A DNA stretch of 64,000 bases from Mobula hypostoma (Eukaryota): NCBI RefSeq assembly GCF_963921235.1, contig NC_086097.1, forward strand, positions 208,818,001 to 208,882,000. Reading direction: 5' to 3'. This document shows, one piece after another, positions 12,599 to 25,070 of the stretch (positions within the stretch are counted from its first letter, which is position 1; the number at the start of each line of letters is the position of its first letter). Below the pieces are notes generated by a model. The model was not told the DNA's origin. It saw nothing but the letters and a program-made list of their open reading frames with translations, and did not search any database. The translations under genes and the position numbers were made by a program.

Positions 12599-15500
12599 TT
12601 ACCCCCCCGCCAGAACCAGCGATACCTCCCCCAATGTCCACAGTCTGGATCGGCCTCTGTTTGGGAGGTCTGCCCTTGTGCCGCGGTGCCTGAGCCTGGA
12701 CCGGCTGCGCCAAGTCCACATGGGCCGGTTTGAGTTGGTCCACCATGAAAACCTCCTCTCTCCCCCCAGTGTCCAGCACGAACGTGGACCCATTGTTCCT
12801 GATCACCTTAAATGGCCCCTTGTAGGGCCACTGTAGCGGTGCCCAGTATCCGCCCCGTTGTACAAAAAGAAACTTACAGTTCTGCAGGTCTTTGGGTACG
12901 CAGGTCGGGCTCTGTCCGTGCTGTGAAGTGGGGATGGGGGCCAGGTTACCGCGCCTCTCACGTAGTCTGTCCAGGACTGCCGTGGGTTCTTCCTCCTGCC
13001 CGCTTGGGGCTGGTATGAACTCTCCTGGGTCGACCAGGGGTGCGCCGTACACCAACTCGGCCGACGAGGTGTGCAGATCTTCCTTGGGTGCTGTGCGGAT
13101 TTTGAGCCATGAGAGCCGTCTTCAGGTGACGGTGGAAACGCTCCACTAGTCCGTTCGACCGTGGGTGGTAGGCAGTTGTGTGGTGTAGCTGAGATCCTAA
13201 AAGGTTGGCCATAGCCGACCATAGGCTGGAGGTGAACTGGGCGCCCCTGGCGGAGGTAATGTGGGCCGGTACCCCGAAACGGGCTACCCAGGTTGCGCTC
13301 AGTGCTCGGGCACAGGATTTGGAGGTGGTGTCGGTGAGCGGGACTGCCTCTGGCCATCTGCTGAACCGGTCTACCATAGTTAGGAGGTACCGCGCTCCTT
13401 GCGACACCGGCAGGGGCCCCACGATATCCACATGAATGTGGTCGGACCTCTGGCGGGTGGGTTCGAACCGCTGTGGCGGAGCCTTGGTGTGCCGCTGCAC
13501 CTTGGCTGTTTGGCACTGCATGCACGTTTTGACCCATTCACTGACCTGTTTACGAAGCCCATGCCACACGAACCTGTTGGAGACCAGCCGGACGGTTGTC
13601 TTGATGGAGGGGTGTGCTAAGTTGTGAATGGATTTGAAAACCCGCCGGCGCCAGGCTGCTGGGACGACGGGGCGGGGTTGGCCGGTAGCTATGTCACATA
13701 GTAGGGTCCTCTCACCTGGGCCTACGGGGAGGTCTTGGAGCTGCAAACCGGAGACTGCAGTCCTATAACTAGGGACCTCATCGTCTGCCTGCTGTGCCTC
13801 CGCCAGCGCTGCAGAGTCCACCCCCTGGGACAGGGCCTGCATGGTAGGTCTGGATAGTGCGTCTGCCATGACGTTGTCCTTTCCAGAGACATGCCGGATG
13901 TCCGTCATGTACTCGGAGATGTAGGACAGATGTCGCTGCTGGCGGGACGACTAGGGGTCGGACACCTTCGTGTACGCAAAGGTAAGCGGTTTGTGGTCTG
14001 TGAACGCGGTGAAGGGCCTACCTTCTAAGAAGTACCTGAAATGCCGGATTGCCAGGTATAGTGCCAATAGCTCCCGGTCGAAAGCACTGTATTTGAGTTC
14101 AGGTGGTCATAGGTGTTTGCTGAAGAACGCCAGGTGTTGCCAGCGACCCTCGATGAGTTGTTCCAGCACTCCACCGACTGCTGTGTTGGATGTGTGCACC
14201 GTGAGGGCAGTAGGAACGTCCGTTCTGGGGTGCACTAGCATCGCGGCGTTTGCCAAGGCTTCTTTGGTTTTAACGAAAGCGGCTGTGGCCTCTTTGTCCC
14301 AGGTAATGTCCTTGCCCTTACCCGACATCAGAGGGAACAGGGGGCACATGGTTCGGTCTGCTGAGGGGAGGAAATGGTGGTAGAAATTCACCATACCCAC
14401 GAATTCCTGTAGGCCTTTGATTGTGTTGGGTCGGGGGAAGTGGCGGACCGCGTCTACCTTGGCGGGCAGAGGTGTTGCCCTGTCTTTGGTAATCCTGTGG
14501 CCCAGGAAGTCGATGGTATCGAGTCCGAACTGGCATTTGGCTGGGTTGATTGTAAGGCCGAATTCGCTCAGGCGGGAGTAGAGCTGGCAGAGGTGGGACA
14601 GATGCTCCTGATGACTACTGCTGGCTATGAGGATGTCGTCCAAATAGATGAATGCAAAGTCCAGGTCGCGTCCCACTGCGTCCATTAGCCACTGGAAAGT
14701 CTGCACGGCATTCTTTAGACCAAACGGCATTCGGAGGAATTCGAAAAGTCCGAACGGGGTGATGAGTGCTGTTTTGGGGATGTTGTCTGGATGTACCGGG
14801 ATTTGATGGTTTCCTCGGATAAGGTCTACCTTGGAAAAGGTCCTTGCGCCGTGTAGGTTTACTGTGAAGTCTTGAATATGCGGCACAGGGTAGCGGTCTG
14901 GCGTTGTAGCCTCGTTCAGTCTGCGGTAGTCACCGCATGGTCTCCAGCTCCCCGTTACCTCGGGCACCATGTGCAGGGGGGAGGCCCATGGGCTGTCGGA
15001 CCGTCATATGATCCCCAATTCCTCCATCTTCTTGAACTCCTCCTTCGCCAGTCGGAGCTTGTCCGGGAGAAGCTTTTGAGCACGGGCGTGGAGGGGTGGT
15101 CCCTGGGTCGGGATGTGGTGCTGTACTCCGTGTCTGGGCATGGCTGCCGTGAACTGCGGTGTCAGTACTGATGGGAAATCCGCCAGGGCCCCGGTGAATT
15201 CGTCATCGGACAGTGTGATGGAGTCCAGGTGTGGGGCTGGCAACTTTGCTTCACCCAGGGGTAACGTTTGAAAAGTCTTGGCATGGACTATTCGCTTCCT
15301 TTGCAGGTCGACCAGCACTGGGCTCGAAGAAAATCTGCCCCCTGGAGTGGTGGGGCCACGGCAGCCAGTGTGAAGTCCCGCGTGAACCGGCTGGAGCTGA
15401 ACTGTAGCCGCACCGTGTGGGTGCCGTAGGTTCATATTATGCTGCCATTTGCGGCCCTCAGGGTGGGTCCCGGTTCTCTGTTGCGGGTGTCGTAACTCGT

Positions 15501-15635
15501 TGGAGGTAAGACGCTGATCTCCGCTCCGATGTCGACCAAAAAGCGGCGTCCCGACTGCTTGTCCCAGTCATACAGGAGACTGTCCTGATGGCCAGCTGCC
15601 GTAGCCATCAGCGGCGGCTGGCCCTGGCGTTTCCC
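12594..15635 (-). pseudogene. Gypsy pol (protease, RT, RNase H, integrase), broken by stops and frameshifts
   Basis: FLVDIGAEIS protease remnant; RPCGDYRRLN, YLDD and FLGH in RT; HNLAH..CMQC, HVDIVGP, VERFH and PYKGPF in integrase. Confidence 0.92.
15585..15635 (-). promoter_or_regulatory. -1 ribosomal frameshift signal (G GGA AAC plus downstream stem or pseudoknot)
   Basis: Heptamer at 15629-15635 is in register with gag, and pol lies in the -1 frame. About 5 nt downstream GGCCAGCCGCCG/CGGCAGCTGGCC forms 11 of 12 pairs. Confidence 0.75.
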
Positions 15636-16309
15636 GGGAATTTGCAGGGTGGTCTGCAGTGGCGGGCCTCTGTGCCCCACCGCCGGTGGTAGAAGCACCA
15701 CTGTTCATTGTGCTCCTCACTCCCGTCGCCGTGTTTTGTAGGCTCTGCTGCTGGGCCTGGTCTGGTCTGTCATTGGGCACGGGGCTTGGTGATCTGTGCG
15801 ACGGACGCCCCTCTCTCTTTCCTGGCATTCCACAGTGCATCTGCCCGGGCCGCCACCTCCCGGGGGTTGCTGAAATCTGTGTCGGACAGCAGCAGGCATA
15901 TGTCCTCGGGCAGTTGCTCTAGGAATGCCTGCTCAAACACGAGGCAGGGTTTGTGTCCTTCAGCCAGGGCCAGCATCTCGTTCATTAATGCTGATGGCAG
16001 CCTGTCTCCCAAACCATCCAGGTGCATTAAGCGGCGTGCTCATTCACGCCGTGAGAGTCTGAAAGTCCTTATGAGCAGGGCTTTGAATGCTGTGTATTTG
16101 CCGTCCTCCAGGGGCAACTCTATAAACTCAACTTGTGCGGCTGTCTCCTGGTCGAGGGAGCTCAGCACGTAGTAGTAGCGAGTGGACTACGAGGTTATCT
16201 GCCGAATGTGGAACTGAGCTTCTGCTTGTTCGAACCACAGACGGGGTTGCAGCGGCCAAAAGCTTGGCAGTTTTAACAAAACTGCATGAACAGATGCAGC
16301 GTCGGTCAT
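15608..16309 (-). pseudogene. Gypsy gag with CHCC zinc knuckle and in-frame stops
   Basis: One reading frame MTDAASVHAVLLKLPSFWP..WFEQAEAQF..CFYHRRWGTEARHCRPPC with premature stops near 16188, 16043 and 15771. Confidence 0.88.
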
Positions 16310-16333
16310 CTCTGGTCCAAATATCGTTTGGGC

Positions 16334-16347
16334 CGTCGGGGTCACCA
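16334..16347 (-). promoter_or_regulatory. Primer binding site complementary to tRNA-Trp 3' end
   Basis: TGGTGACCCCGACG lies 2 nt after the 5' LTR and matches the start of the tRNA-Trp PBS TGGTGACCCCGACGTGAT. Confidence 0.9.
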
Positions 16348-16349
16348 AT

Positions 16350-16636
16350 TGTAGCGATGTGCTACACACAGCGCTAAAATAACCACATGTAGTCGGTGAG
16401 GTGGAGTTGCGATGAAAGAGATTTATTCAAACTTTGCGGCCTGCTTTAAAGCCTTCCCGTTCCCACCCTCCCTGGGCGGGACTGCTGTGGGGAAAGCATA
16501 TTCCCAGACCCTTTCCGTGCGTGGGATTTTCCCCCTGCTGGTGAAGATGGCCTGGTGCCCTTTTTGGGGTCGGTCCTCGGCCTGCGCGCACTGTTTCGTG
16601 AGCTGATTCGTGTGTGCTACGAAGTGGGTTGCCACA
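16350..16636 (-). repeat. 5' LTR (287 bp)
   Basis: Direct repeat of 12311-12598; about 27 substitutions and 1 indel by manual count. Confidence 0.95.
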
Positions 16637-16721
16637 AGATGTTATTAATCGTGAAGGGTATGGATAGAAAGTAACTGTTAGCACTGGTAAAAGGATGAAG
16701 AATCAGAGAACATAGAAGGAA

Positions 16722-17230
16722 AATGAAGACGCAATAGACTGCAGATGCCGGAATCTGGAGCAAAACAAAATAGAGAAACTCAGTAAAGGGAAAGAAACCC
16801 AAGTGGGAAAAAATATTGTCAGCATTTTGGATTAAGAAACTGCTGCAGGACAGAGAATGGAGAAGAACATGTATAGGAGAGGGGAAGGAGTGAAACATGG
16901 AACTGCAGGTGATAGGTGGACTGAGGGTGGTTGAAGAATAATGGGAGGATGAAGCTAAGTTGGGGAGAGAATAGAGTGGAGTTTGGAGACAGAGGAAGGT
17001 GGATGATAGATGGAGGTTGACATGGGAAAAGAAGTGGATGAAGTCAGACGGGGAGAGGGAAGGCAAAGGTGGAAATGGGTGCTGGAAGGTGATAAGTAGG
17101 AGTATAAAGTTACCAGTGCTACATTCAGTCCTGCTGAAGAATTTCAGTCCAAAATGTTGACTATACTTTTTTCCATAAAAACTGCCTGGCCTGCTGAGTT
17201 CCTTGAGCATTTTATGTGTAGTGCTGCAAG
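16722..17230. mobile_element. Old inverted pair of Penelope-like 3' ends
   Basis: Minus-oriented CTGCAGATGCCGGAATC plus purine tract, then plus-oriented CAGTCCTGCTGAAG..AAAATGTTGACT..GCTGAGTTCC remnant. Confidence 0.6.
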
Positions 17231-17953
17231 CTGATAAGTACAGAAGGTTATAGTGGAACAATGAAGGGAGAGATGAAAGGGTAGACGGAACCAGATGGAA
17301 AAGTGTATCCAGTATGTTTGGATAAAACTAGAAATGATAGCACTTTTTTATATATGTAACAGTGTGTTTGGTCTGGAATTTACTACTACACCAGTTAAGA
17401 GAGGCAGATTCAACTGTATGATTCAAAAGGGAACTAGAAAGAATCTGCAGGGCTATGGGGTGAGATCAGGGGAGTGGAATTAGTTGGAAAGTTTTTAATG
17501 TCAAAGTTGAAATGGAATTTATTATCATATGAACAAGTACATGTAGTACAGGTGCAAAGAACAAAACTTATTGCAGCATCATGGGCACATAACATTAGAA
17601 CTCCTGTAGATCTGATAGCCAAATAATTGCCTTCTGTGTTGTAACCTTGTTGTCAATTTGGGACCTCACAACGACAGCAAGCACAGAACGCTTAGGAGTG
17701 ACGACCATAAGAATGGAAAATACAGCTGTCTTGGTGGAAGAGAAAAATAAGGGAAAAGGAACCATTGGTATTGAATTAGCAGAACATATAAACAAATGAC
17801 TGTATTCAAAACAGAATTAAGTGTATATTTGATCTAGCGAGGAAAAATATTACAGCGCAATTAGGAAAGAGCGGAAGGGATTAATTGGATCATTCCATCA
17901 AAGAATGTAGGCCTGATGGGATCAATAACCTGTATGATTAAGTTTATACAGGA

Positions 17954-18222
17954 ACATGTTCGATATAAGCTGTTGGTCTAGCCCTGTTTTGTTTTTTTTT
18001 CTTGTTTTTTTTTTCTTTTGGTGTTTTTTTTTGTTTATATATTTTTTCTTTTTATTTCTTTTTTAATGTTTAATCTCATTATGAGTTTGGAAGTCTTTTA
18101 TATCTGTGTTACTTAAAATTCATTTTATATATGTTGATGAACATTTTTCCAATCTCTGTGTACCAACTTCGTTATTGAGTTTGAAATTTTGAAACATTAA
18201 TAAAAAGATTTAAAAAGAAAGA
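17954..18222 (+). mobile_element. L1/Tx1-like 3' tail fragment
   Basis: T-rich UTR, AATAAA near 18199 and an A-rich (GAAA) tail; flanked by near-identical AAGTTTATACAGGA / AAGTTTATGCAAGA (possible TSD). Confidence 0.5.
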
Positions 18223-19024
18223 AAGTTTATGCAAGACTTTAATTCACCTTTGGTTACTTCTGCTAAATGTAAATCATAGTGGCATTTGTGCTTTCTAGAT
18301 CATTTTGGAAATTGTGTGCTTCTGAAGTTATATATCAAGCATTTGACACATGCCATTGAAGATAGATTGTCTTCTGACACCTATATTTAACTAATTGTTG
18401 AATATAGAGAGGAAAGATGGGAAGAGACCTTGAGAGAAGTTGAAACTATTGATAACAGTCCTCATTGTAAGTGAAAAATAAAAAAAAAAATAGATGCTGG
18501 AAATCTAAAATAAAAAGCAGAAACTGATGGAAATACTGAGCAGGTCAGGCTGAAGCACTGGCTGTGAACTTTGCAGATATAATCTTTAGAGCTGAAGTGA
18601 TCTGATATTTTTGAAGGACCAGAAGTGGACTCAATTAGATAATTCCAAATTAACACTGGTCGCCATCTTATATGGAGTGTGCACAGCAGAAATGATTGGA
18701 ATGTGCATGTTATGTGTTATAATCATTTCAACTCAATATAAGACTGGGATCTTTGCACATGAAGTGGTGCTACTGCAGATGCTTCAGCCTCCCAGTAGTA
18801 CTGGCAGGATTTTCTGTGTCAACTGGAATGGTAAGTCTAGTCTATCTGCTACCACTCTGAAACCTTACCACTTTTTTAATGCAGCCTAAAATTGAAATTT
18901 TAATTTACATTCAATTTTGATTTTCATTCTATTCTTGTGAATTTAGTTATTTATGTTTTATTATCTGATATAACTAAGATACAGTAGTCTTGTGCATCCA
19001 ATAACAAATAAAACTGTTTGTTTG

Positions 19025-19055
<31 letters not shown>

Positions 19056-19244
19056 TCTTTTTGTATTTGCACAGTTTGTTGTATTTTGCACACTGGTTGG
19101 CTGGCTTGTTGTTGCAGTCTTTCACTGATTCTATTATGATTATTGGATTTATTGAGTATGCTTGCAAGAAATTGAATCTTGTATGAATATATACATATTT
19201 TGATCATAAATTTGCATTGAACCTTGATCTTTGAAATTAAGTAA

Positions 19245-19345
19245 ACTTATATAGTGCCTTTCACATTTCTTTCAGGACATCAGAAAGCATTTTACAACCA
19301 ATGAAATATTTTTGAAGTGTGCTCACTATAGTAACATAGGAAATT
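19245..19345 (-). mobile_element. DeuSINE/SacSINE-like 3' remnant
   Basis: TATATAGTGCCTTTCAC..CAGAAAGCATTTTACAACCAATGAA..TTTGAAGTGT resembles this SINE tail as I recall it; a similar remnant lies near 29190-29285. Confidence 0.45.
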
Positions 19346-20832
19346 CTGAATGAGCTCATGTGATTCTTCACTCTTTAATTAGACATCTAATTGTGTTATT
19401 GGAAGAATGTGCCAAGCAGAGGGCTGGTATTTTATTACAAAAAGGAAAGGTTAAAGTCAACATGAACTTCACTTCCATTCATTCTTCTTCAGGATCAGCT
19501 TGAGAGCCAGTGAACTGTCTTGTCTGATGGGGATTCAATACATGGCATGGGGAAGAGAAACTACCTAAATATACAGAGAATGAAAGAACAAAAATATTGA
19601 TGTTTCAATACTATTTATGATATTGTATTTAGCAACCAAAATCTAGTCTTTAACAATATTTTACACTTTAAGCTTTAATGCAACTTGACAAATCGACACC
19701 AATGTGGCTGTAATGAATTGATCAGTGCACAAATAGCTTCCTGTTGCAATGCAGTAATGTTGTTGAATGCCTGCCTGCTGCCTTTCTGGGAAGGGACACA
19801 AAAGGGACCATGTGCTGATTGTGACCAGAAACTTTGGAGCACTGCAAAAGGGTGCAGAAGGAAACATATTTACAATCCTTAATGACCCAAATTCCCTAGA
19901 GTATCTCTGGGAACACTTACACAGAAGGAGTTACATTACAACAGTAAACAAAGCTTGACAATTACTTAAAGGGAAATGTCCACCTTCCTGGAAGATACCT
20001 TACAATTGATTCCAATTTGAAATTTTACTTTAGGATGTCTCTTTGCTAAAGAATGTGAAAACAATTATATCAAACATAAAGAAAGAAAACACATTGGAAT
20101 TTTTGATGATAATTTTGAAGGAACTGCTCTGATCATTATCCACATTGACAAGGCCAGGAGTTAGCCCTAACACAGAGATTGCAAAGCACAGATTGATGAT
20201 GTTGTGAGTGCTTAGTAGGACTCACAATCGGAAAGACACAGAGTTGGCGTTTTGGATCAAGGACACCATCAAAATTGTAAAAGTGAGAAGATAAATGCAT
20301 TTTCACTGGCAGAGAGGGGAAGAAATGGAGAGAATGGAGAGTGCAGACTAAATTTATCTGTGTAACAACACCTCAAAAGCCTTCAAAACAGCATGAGACA
20401 ATGGAGCAGAATTAGGCTATTCGAACCAACGAGTCTGCTCCGCCATTTCATCATGGCTGATTATTTCCCTCTCAAACCCAATCTCCAGCCTGCTTGAATT
20501 CAGTGGCAACAAATTCAGTTAGAGCAAAATGAACAGGAACAAGTTAAAACATAAAAACTTGATACAAGAAAGCTTGTATCACATTCATAAACAAAAATGG
20601 GCTAAGTATTCACCATAATAGCCCAACAGTGATCTCTCTGCCTTTGGCAAGCTGACCTCCCGCTCTGATATCCAGTTTAAGCCTGAGGTGCAGAACTGCA
20701 CCTTCTGACTAGGCATGTAACAACCTTCAGAAAGTAATATTGACTTCATCAGTTTAGGTGAAAACTCTTTTCTCATAGATGTGTCTTTATCTTTGTTATG
20801 TTTATTTGTTTGTAGATCATTTTGTTCCAAAA

Positions 20833-23070
20833 ACCATAAAATACAGGAACAGAATTAAGCCAATTGGCCCACTGAGTTTGCTCCACCATTTAATTATGGC
20901 TGACCCTGTTTTCCTCTCAGCCCCAATCTCCTGTCTTCTCCCTGTATCCCTTCATACCCTGACCAATCAAGAATCTAACAATCTCTGCTTTAAGTAAAAA
21001 TAAAAACTTAGCCTCCATTGCCACCTGTGGCAAACAATTCCACAGATTCACCACTCTCTTGCTAAAGAAATTCCACCTCATCTCCATTCTAAAAGGATGC
21101 CCCTCTATTCTAAATTATGTCTTCTGGTCTTAGATTCTCCCTCCACAGGAAATATCTTCTCCATATCCACTCTATCAAGGCCTTTCACCATTCATATATT
21201 TCAATGAGGTCAACCCTCATTCTTCTGAATTCTAGGACTAGAGCCATCGAACGCTGAGACTTCATCCTTCATCTTCCCAGACACTGCGGTCAGACTAACT
21301 GGTCTATAGTTTCCTTTCTTCTGCTTCTCTCCCCTCTTGAAGAGTGCAGAGACTTTTACAATTTCCCAGTCTTCTGGAACCATTCCAGAATCTAGAATCA
21401 TTCTTCAAAGATCATTACTAATGCCTCCACAATCTCTTCAGCCACTTCTTTCAGAACCCTGGGGTGTACACCATCTGGTCCAGGTGACTTATCTACCTTC
21501 AGACCTTTCAGCTTCCCAAGAACCTTCTCTCCAGTAATGGTAACTTCACAGGCTTCATGACCCCTGACACATGGAACTTCCACCATACTACTGGTGTCTT
21601 CCACAGTGAAGACTAATGCAAAATACTTATTCAGATTGTCTGCCATTTTGTTGTCATCAGTTACTACCTCTCCAGCATCGTTTTCCATCAGTCCAATATC
21701 CACTCACACCTCTATGTATCTGATGAAACATTTGGTGTCCTCTTTAATATTACTGGCTAGCTTACTTTCATATTCTGAATTTACCTTCTTTATGACTTTT
21801 TAGTTGCCTTCTGTTGGTTTTTAAAAGCTTCCCAATCCTCTAACTTCCCACTAATTTTTGCTCTATTATATGTTGGCTTTGACTTCTCTTGCTGGCCACG
21901 GTTGTGTCATCTTGCCTTTAGAATACTTGTTCCTCTTTGGGATGTATATATCCTGTGCCTTCTGAATTGCTTCCAGAAATTCCAGCCACTGCTGCTCTGC
22001 CATCATCAGTCCCCGATGACTATTGTGACATTGCCCTTTTAGACCACAACCTTACTACTGTATGGGGGTCTGTATACAACTCCCATTAAGTTCTTTTTAC
22101 CCTTGCAGTTCCTTAGTCTGTTCACAATAGTTCAATACCTTCTGACCTTATGTCACTTCTTTCTAACAATTTGATTTCATTTTTTACCAACAGAACAACA
22201 CTGCTCCCTCTACCTTCCTGCCTGTCCTTTCGATACAATGCGTATCCTTGGACATTAAGCTCCCAGCTATAATCTTTCAGCCATGATTCAGTGATGCCAA
22301 CAACATCATACACGCCAATCTGCAACTATGCTTCAGGTTCATCTACCTTATTCCGAATACTGTGTACATTCAATCCTGTATTCACCTTTTTCGATTTTGT
22401 TCGCTTTTTACATTGCATCTCATGCTGTTTACTGCAATTCTTCCCTATCAACTACACCCTACATAATGCTTCTGTTTGTAAACCACTTATCTCATCTTCA
22501 TCACTATCACTCTATGATCTACTTTGTTCACTATTGCCTTTCCTACGATACTTGCATTGAAATATACGCAGCCGAGGACACTAGTCACACACCATGCTCA
22601 ACCTTTTGATTCCTGACTTTGTCTGAGGTTTAACCAACATCTGCCTTCACAGCCTCTCCATTAACTGTTCTGGCATTCTGGTTTCCATCCCCCTGCAACT
22701 CCAGTTTAATCCCCAGCATGCAGCATTACCAAAGCTTCTTGCTAGGATATTAGCACCCCTCCAGCTCAGGTGCATCTATAATGGGCGCACCTTCCCTGGA
22801 AGTGACCCCAGTGATCCAAAAATCTTATGCCCTCCCTCCTACACCAACCCCTTAACCACGTATAAACTGTATCGTCTTCCTAGTTCTGGCTGCTAAGGAC
22901 ATGATCTGGGATATCCTGGAAACTGGCACCCAGGAGGCAGGAATATCCAGGAATCCTGTTCTTGCCTACAGAACCTGCTGCCCGTTCCCCTAACTAACGA
23001 ATCCCTTATGACCACAGTGTGTCTCTTCTCCCCCTTCCTTTCTGCTTCGCAGAGCCAGACTCAGTGCCTG
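20833..23070 (-). mobile_element. CR1 LINE, heavily internally deleted (ORF1 esterase remnant to 3' tail in ~2.2 kb)
   Basis: Minus-strand YDVVGITESWL, LKVDKSPGPDGVHPRVLKE and NYRPVSLT; most of the RT core is missing; 3' tail near 20833. Confidence 0.85.
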
Positions 23071-24291
23071 TTCCGCCTGCTGATTTTGAAAGGAACCGTG
23101 ACCTGATAACAATCCTTCTGCTCTCTCTGCCTCCCCTTCTAAGAATAAAAGAACATAAGCAAATAGGAGCAGGAATAGGACAGCTCTCCAGTCATGCTCT
23201 ACCATTCAAAATAATTATATCTCATTGGTCTCGAGCCTCATCTCCTCAACTTATACAAGCAACCTTCCAATTCTGATGAAAGGTTTTTGATTCTGCTCCA
23301 CAAACACGAGAAAATCTGCAGATGCTGGAAATCTTTTTATTCTTTTCCACAGATGCTGACTGGCCTTCTGAGTTCCTCTAGCATTTTGTGTGTATTACAT
23401 TGATTCTGTTTCTGTATCCAGCAATGCTGCCTGACATGCTGAGCACTGTCAATATTCTATGATTTTTTTCTTGCAAATTCCAGTACTTACAATTCTGGTA
23501 GTTTACTTTGATTTAGCTATTACATTTACTAATGTGTAATCATAATCCAAACTTTAATATACAGGACATATATTACAAAGGTATAGCTGCATTCCAAAAC
23601 CTGGAACCTACAACTGAAATCCTCTATGATACCACAATATCAACTCCACTGTCAATAACCAAGATTTCCATTTTGACATCAGCGTTGGTTCTGAGTTAAA
23701 CATGTGTATTTTGACCCTGATCTCCCATGGATTCAACTGATGTCCTTCCATAGCTCTGGCAGAACTTTCATAAACTGAACCATCATTGGTTAAAGGTGAT
23801 TACTTTTGTATCTCTTTATAGATTGTGCTATATTCCTTGGAGTGGGGGTGTTTGAAGGGAAGGGCACTGGGACCTCATCACTGAACACCATTCCTTTTTC
23901 CCTTTCATTGCCTCCCAAAAGCTCTCACTCGATTGAGTTGAGTACCAAATACTTTGCCCCATGCATGGCTTCACCTATTTGTTTAGCAGCAAAATGAAAC
24001 ATCCCATGCCATATCCAACTCATTCCAATGAATACCTGCTATTTTTTTTATGAATTTCCTTGTTATTCCGGTGAGATGCAAGAAAAACACTATTTTCAAA
24101 AAGTAAACTTTGCTTCCCTGCTTCCTGGAAAAAGCTGTTCATTGAGATTCCATATAGATTGAAGATTCAAGATTGTTCAATGTCATTTCCAGTACACAAG
24201 TGTAAAGGAGAAGAAAATAATTGTTACTCCAGATCTGATGCAGCACAAACAAAACCCAAGAACACAATAATAAAAAAACACAATAAATATA

Positions 24292-25070
24292 AATTGAATT
24301 GAATTGACTTTATTACTTACATCCTTCATATACATGAGGAGTAAAACTCCTAACATTATGTCTTTGTCAAAATGTGCAATATGCAATTTATAGCAATTTA
24401 TAATAAATAGTATGTACAACCAGACAGTCAATATAACATAGAAATACAATTGTATCAGCAGAAATTAATCAGTCTGATAGCCTGGTGGAAGAAGCTGTCC
24501 TGGAGCCTGATTTTCCTGGTTTTTATGCCGTGGTACTGTTTCCTGGATGGTAGCAGCTGGAACAGTTTGTGGTTGGGGTGACTTGGGTCCCCAATGATCC
24601 TTCGGGCCCTTTTTACACACCTATTTCTGTAAGTGTCCTGAATAGTGGGAGACCAGTTTGTGCTTGGGGTGACTTGGGTCCCCAATGATCCTTCGGGCCC
24701 TTTTTACACACCTATTTCTGTAAGTGTCCTGAATAGTGGGAGAACAGTTTGTGCTTGGGGTGATTTGGGTCCCCAATGATCCTTCGGGCCCTTTTTACAC
24801 ACCTATTTCTGTAAGTGTCCTGAATAGTGGGAAGTTCACATCTACAGATGTGCTGGGCTGTCCGCATCACTTTCTGCAGAGTCCTGTGATTGAAGGAAGT
24901 ACAGTTCCCATATCAGGCAGTGATGCAGCCAGTCAGGATGTTCTCAATTGTGCCCCTGTAGAAAGTTCTTAGGATTTGGGGTCCCATACCAAACTGCTTC
25001 AACCGTCTGAGGTGACAGGGGCACCGTTGTGCCTTTTCACCACACAGCCAGTATGTACAGACCACTTGAG
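24292..25070 (-). mobile_element. Rex1/Babar-type LINE 3' fragment (nested), same family as 61218-61780
   Basis: CVKRARRIIGDPSHPNHKLFQLLPSRKQY..RLQDSFFHQAIRLIN and a (CAATT)n tail. Confidence 0.85.
24560..24832. repeat. Three tandem copies of a 91-bp unit
   Basis: CAGTTTGT recurs at 24563, 24654 and 24745; the units are nearly identical. Confidence 0.95.

Larger units (their letters stand above)
12311..16636 (-). mobile_element. Full-length CsRn1-like Ty3/Gypsy LTR retrotransposon, decayed
   Basis: Two TG..CA LTRs, AGAT 4-bp TSD (12307-12310 and 16637-16640), tRNA-Trp primer site, G-rich PPT next to the 3' LTR, gag-PR-RT-RH-IN domain order. Confidence 0.95.
10660..16720 (+). mobile_element. 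Old fragmented CR1 acting as host for nested insertions (pieces ~10660-10985, 11655-12310, 16637-16720)
   Basis: NVSPLFK..NQPVSLTMVVGKVLE; collinear RT remnants resume after each insertion. Confidence 0.7.

Noticed and set aside
18600..18890. 92-aa ORF with a strong GTAAGT donor near 18831
   Set aside because: No clear acceptor, no homology and no partner exon identified.
19685..20300. Protein-like short ORFs and an acceptor-like TTTACTTTAG
   Set aside because: Stops occur in all frames and I recognise no domain, so I cannot support an exon or pseudogene.
24560..24832. Regularly spaced repeats resembling a CRISPR array
   Set aside because: The units are contiguous with no unique spacers, derive from a LINE, and sit in eukaryotic DNA with no cas genes.
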